64,000 nucleotides of DNA from Isurus oxyrinchus (taxonomy: Eukaryota): contig JANJGN010000033.1 of assembly GCA_026770705.1 (NCBI GenBank), positions 15,004,001-15,068,000 of the forward strand, written 5' to 3'. This document shows, piece by piece, positions 62,925 through 64,000 of the stretch. Every line of letters begins with the position of its first letter. The first letter of the stretch is position 1. Under the pieces are notes generated by a model. That model made no database searches, had not been told where the DNA came from, and worked only from the letters and a program-made list of their open reading frames with translations. The position numbers were made by a program, and so were the translations under genes.

Positions 62925-64000
62925 TTCGATCTGTGAATCCTTATATTGCCTTTGGTTATTTTTTTTTTTTTGCATTCGTCTTAACCCTGTTCCCTTTAGT
63001 TCAGTGATTGGAAACAGTTTCTTTAATTTAATATATCCAAACCCCACATGATTTTAAACTGATCTATCAAATCTAACCTTGGCATCCTCAGCTCTAAGAA
63101 GAAACACCTCAACTTCTTCAGTGCACCCAAAGAGCTGTAACCCTTGTTCGCTTGAATTATTCCAGTCAATCTCCTCTATATCCTTTCAAAACGTTCATAC
63201 ATTTTCGAAAGAGGGTGAATTGGACATAATGCACCAGCTGGGTCCAAATGCTTTTTGTAGTGGCTCGGCATAATTTCCTGTCTTTTCAGTTGAATGTCAC
63301 TGTGTGTGAAGCACAGGATTCCATATCACTTATTAAATCTTATGTTAATTTGCCTTGCCACCTGCACAGATTCCATGATCTCTCTCTCTCCTTCTGACTC
63401 TCTGTCTGCACCCCCTTTAGAAACGTGGAATTTATTGTGACTTGTCTGTCCAAATTCTTTCCCCAAAAAGGTATAACGTCACACTAGTCTGTGCTGAAAT
63501 TCAAATACCATGAGTTCACCTGTTCCATTAGAAAGAATTACAACTACTGTTATTTTAACAGTATCATATGAGAGATCTTCCAAATTCTGAAGATATTACT
63601 TTAAAAGTACATCACTAGATATTGTCTTATTATCGATGCTAGCTACCTCTACAAAATTTTCAACCAGATACGTTAGCCATGACTTACTTTTAGCTCATCC
63701 ATGCTGCGTCCCTCTGATCATTTCAGGTTGGCCTACATACTTTGTCTCCAGAATGATAGATTCTTATCAGACGAATATGCGTATAACTTCCTTCTTTGTC
63801 CTCTTACCTTTATCAAATAATGACATGAAGTTGTAATTGTCCAGTTTAAAGGGACAAATACTGAATAAAGAGAATTTAGGGCTTTCAAGATGAGAATATG
63901 TATAATTGCTTCAACAGTTAATTTAATATTTGAGGTTGCAGGTTATTTTGCCCTCGAAATATATCTATCTTTCCTATCTTTGTTTTATTATTTCGTTTCA
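62925..64000 (-). mobile_element. Decayed CR1 LINE, duplicate of 44330-45400
   Basis: Collinear with the 44.3-45.4 kb block, including the shared CT tract. Spurious ORFs 45030 and 63636 translate almost identically. Confidence 0.8.

Overview
Repeat-rich vertebrate DNA, most likely from a cartilaginous fish (shark-type CR1, L2, RTE, Penelope, Harbinger and Deu-SINE repeats; inferred from repeat content only). The only host genes are a cluster of five GPR139-like class A GPCR copies in two subfamilies. One is a complete two-exon gene (minus strand; exon 1 60789-60885, exon 2 56202-57097; 330 aa). One is an open exon 2 (8998-9929, +) with no intact first exon visible. Three are pseudogenes (about 16810-17964, 43045-43939, 49460-50358). 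The 9 kb and 17 kb copies lie in the arms of an old inverted duplication (about 855-11690 mirrored at about 15130-28330); the other three are tandem. The most unusual non-coding signal is a set of Penelope-derived minimal hammerhead ribozyme motifs, several with a non-canonical CUGUUGA core. They include two ~220-230 bp fold-back elements with 14-bp target-site duplications, one inserted in a GPCR copy. There is a 158-N assembly gap at 11299-11456. Repeat boundaries are approximate unless termini are quoted, and family names come from motif recognition, not database searches.
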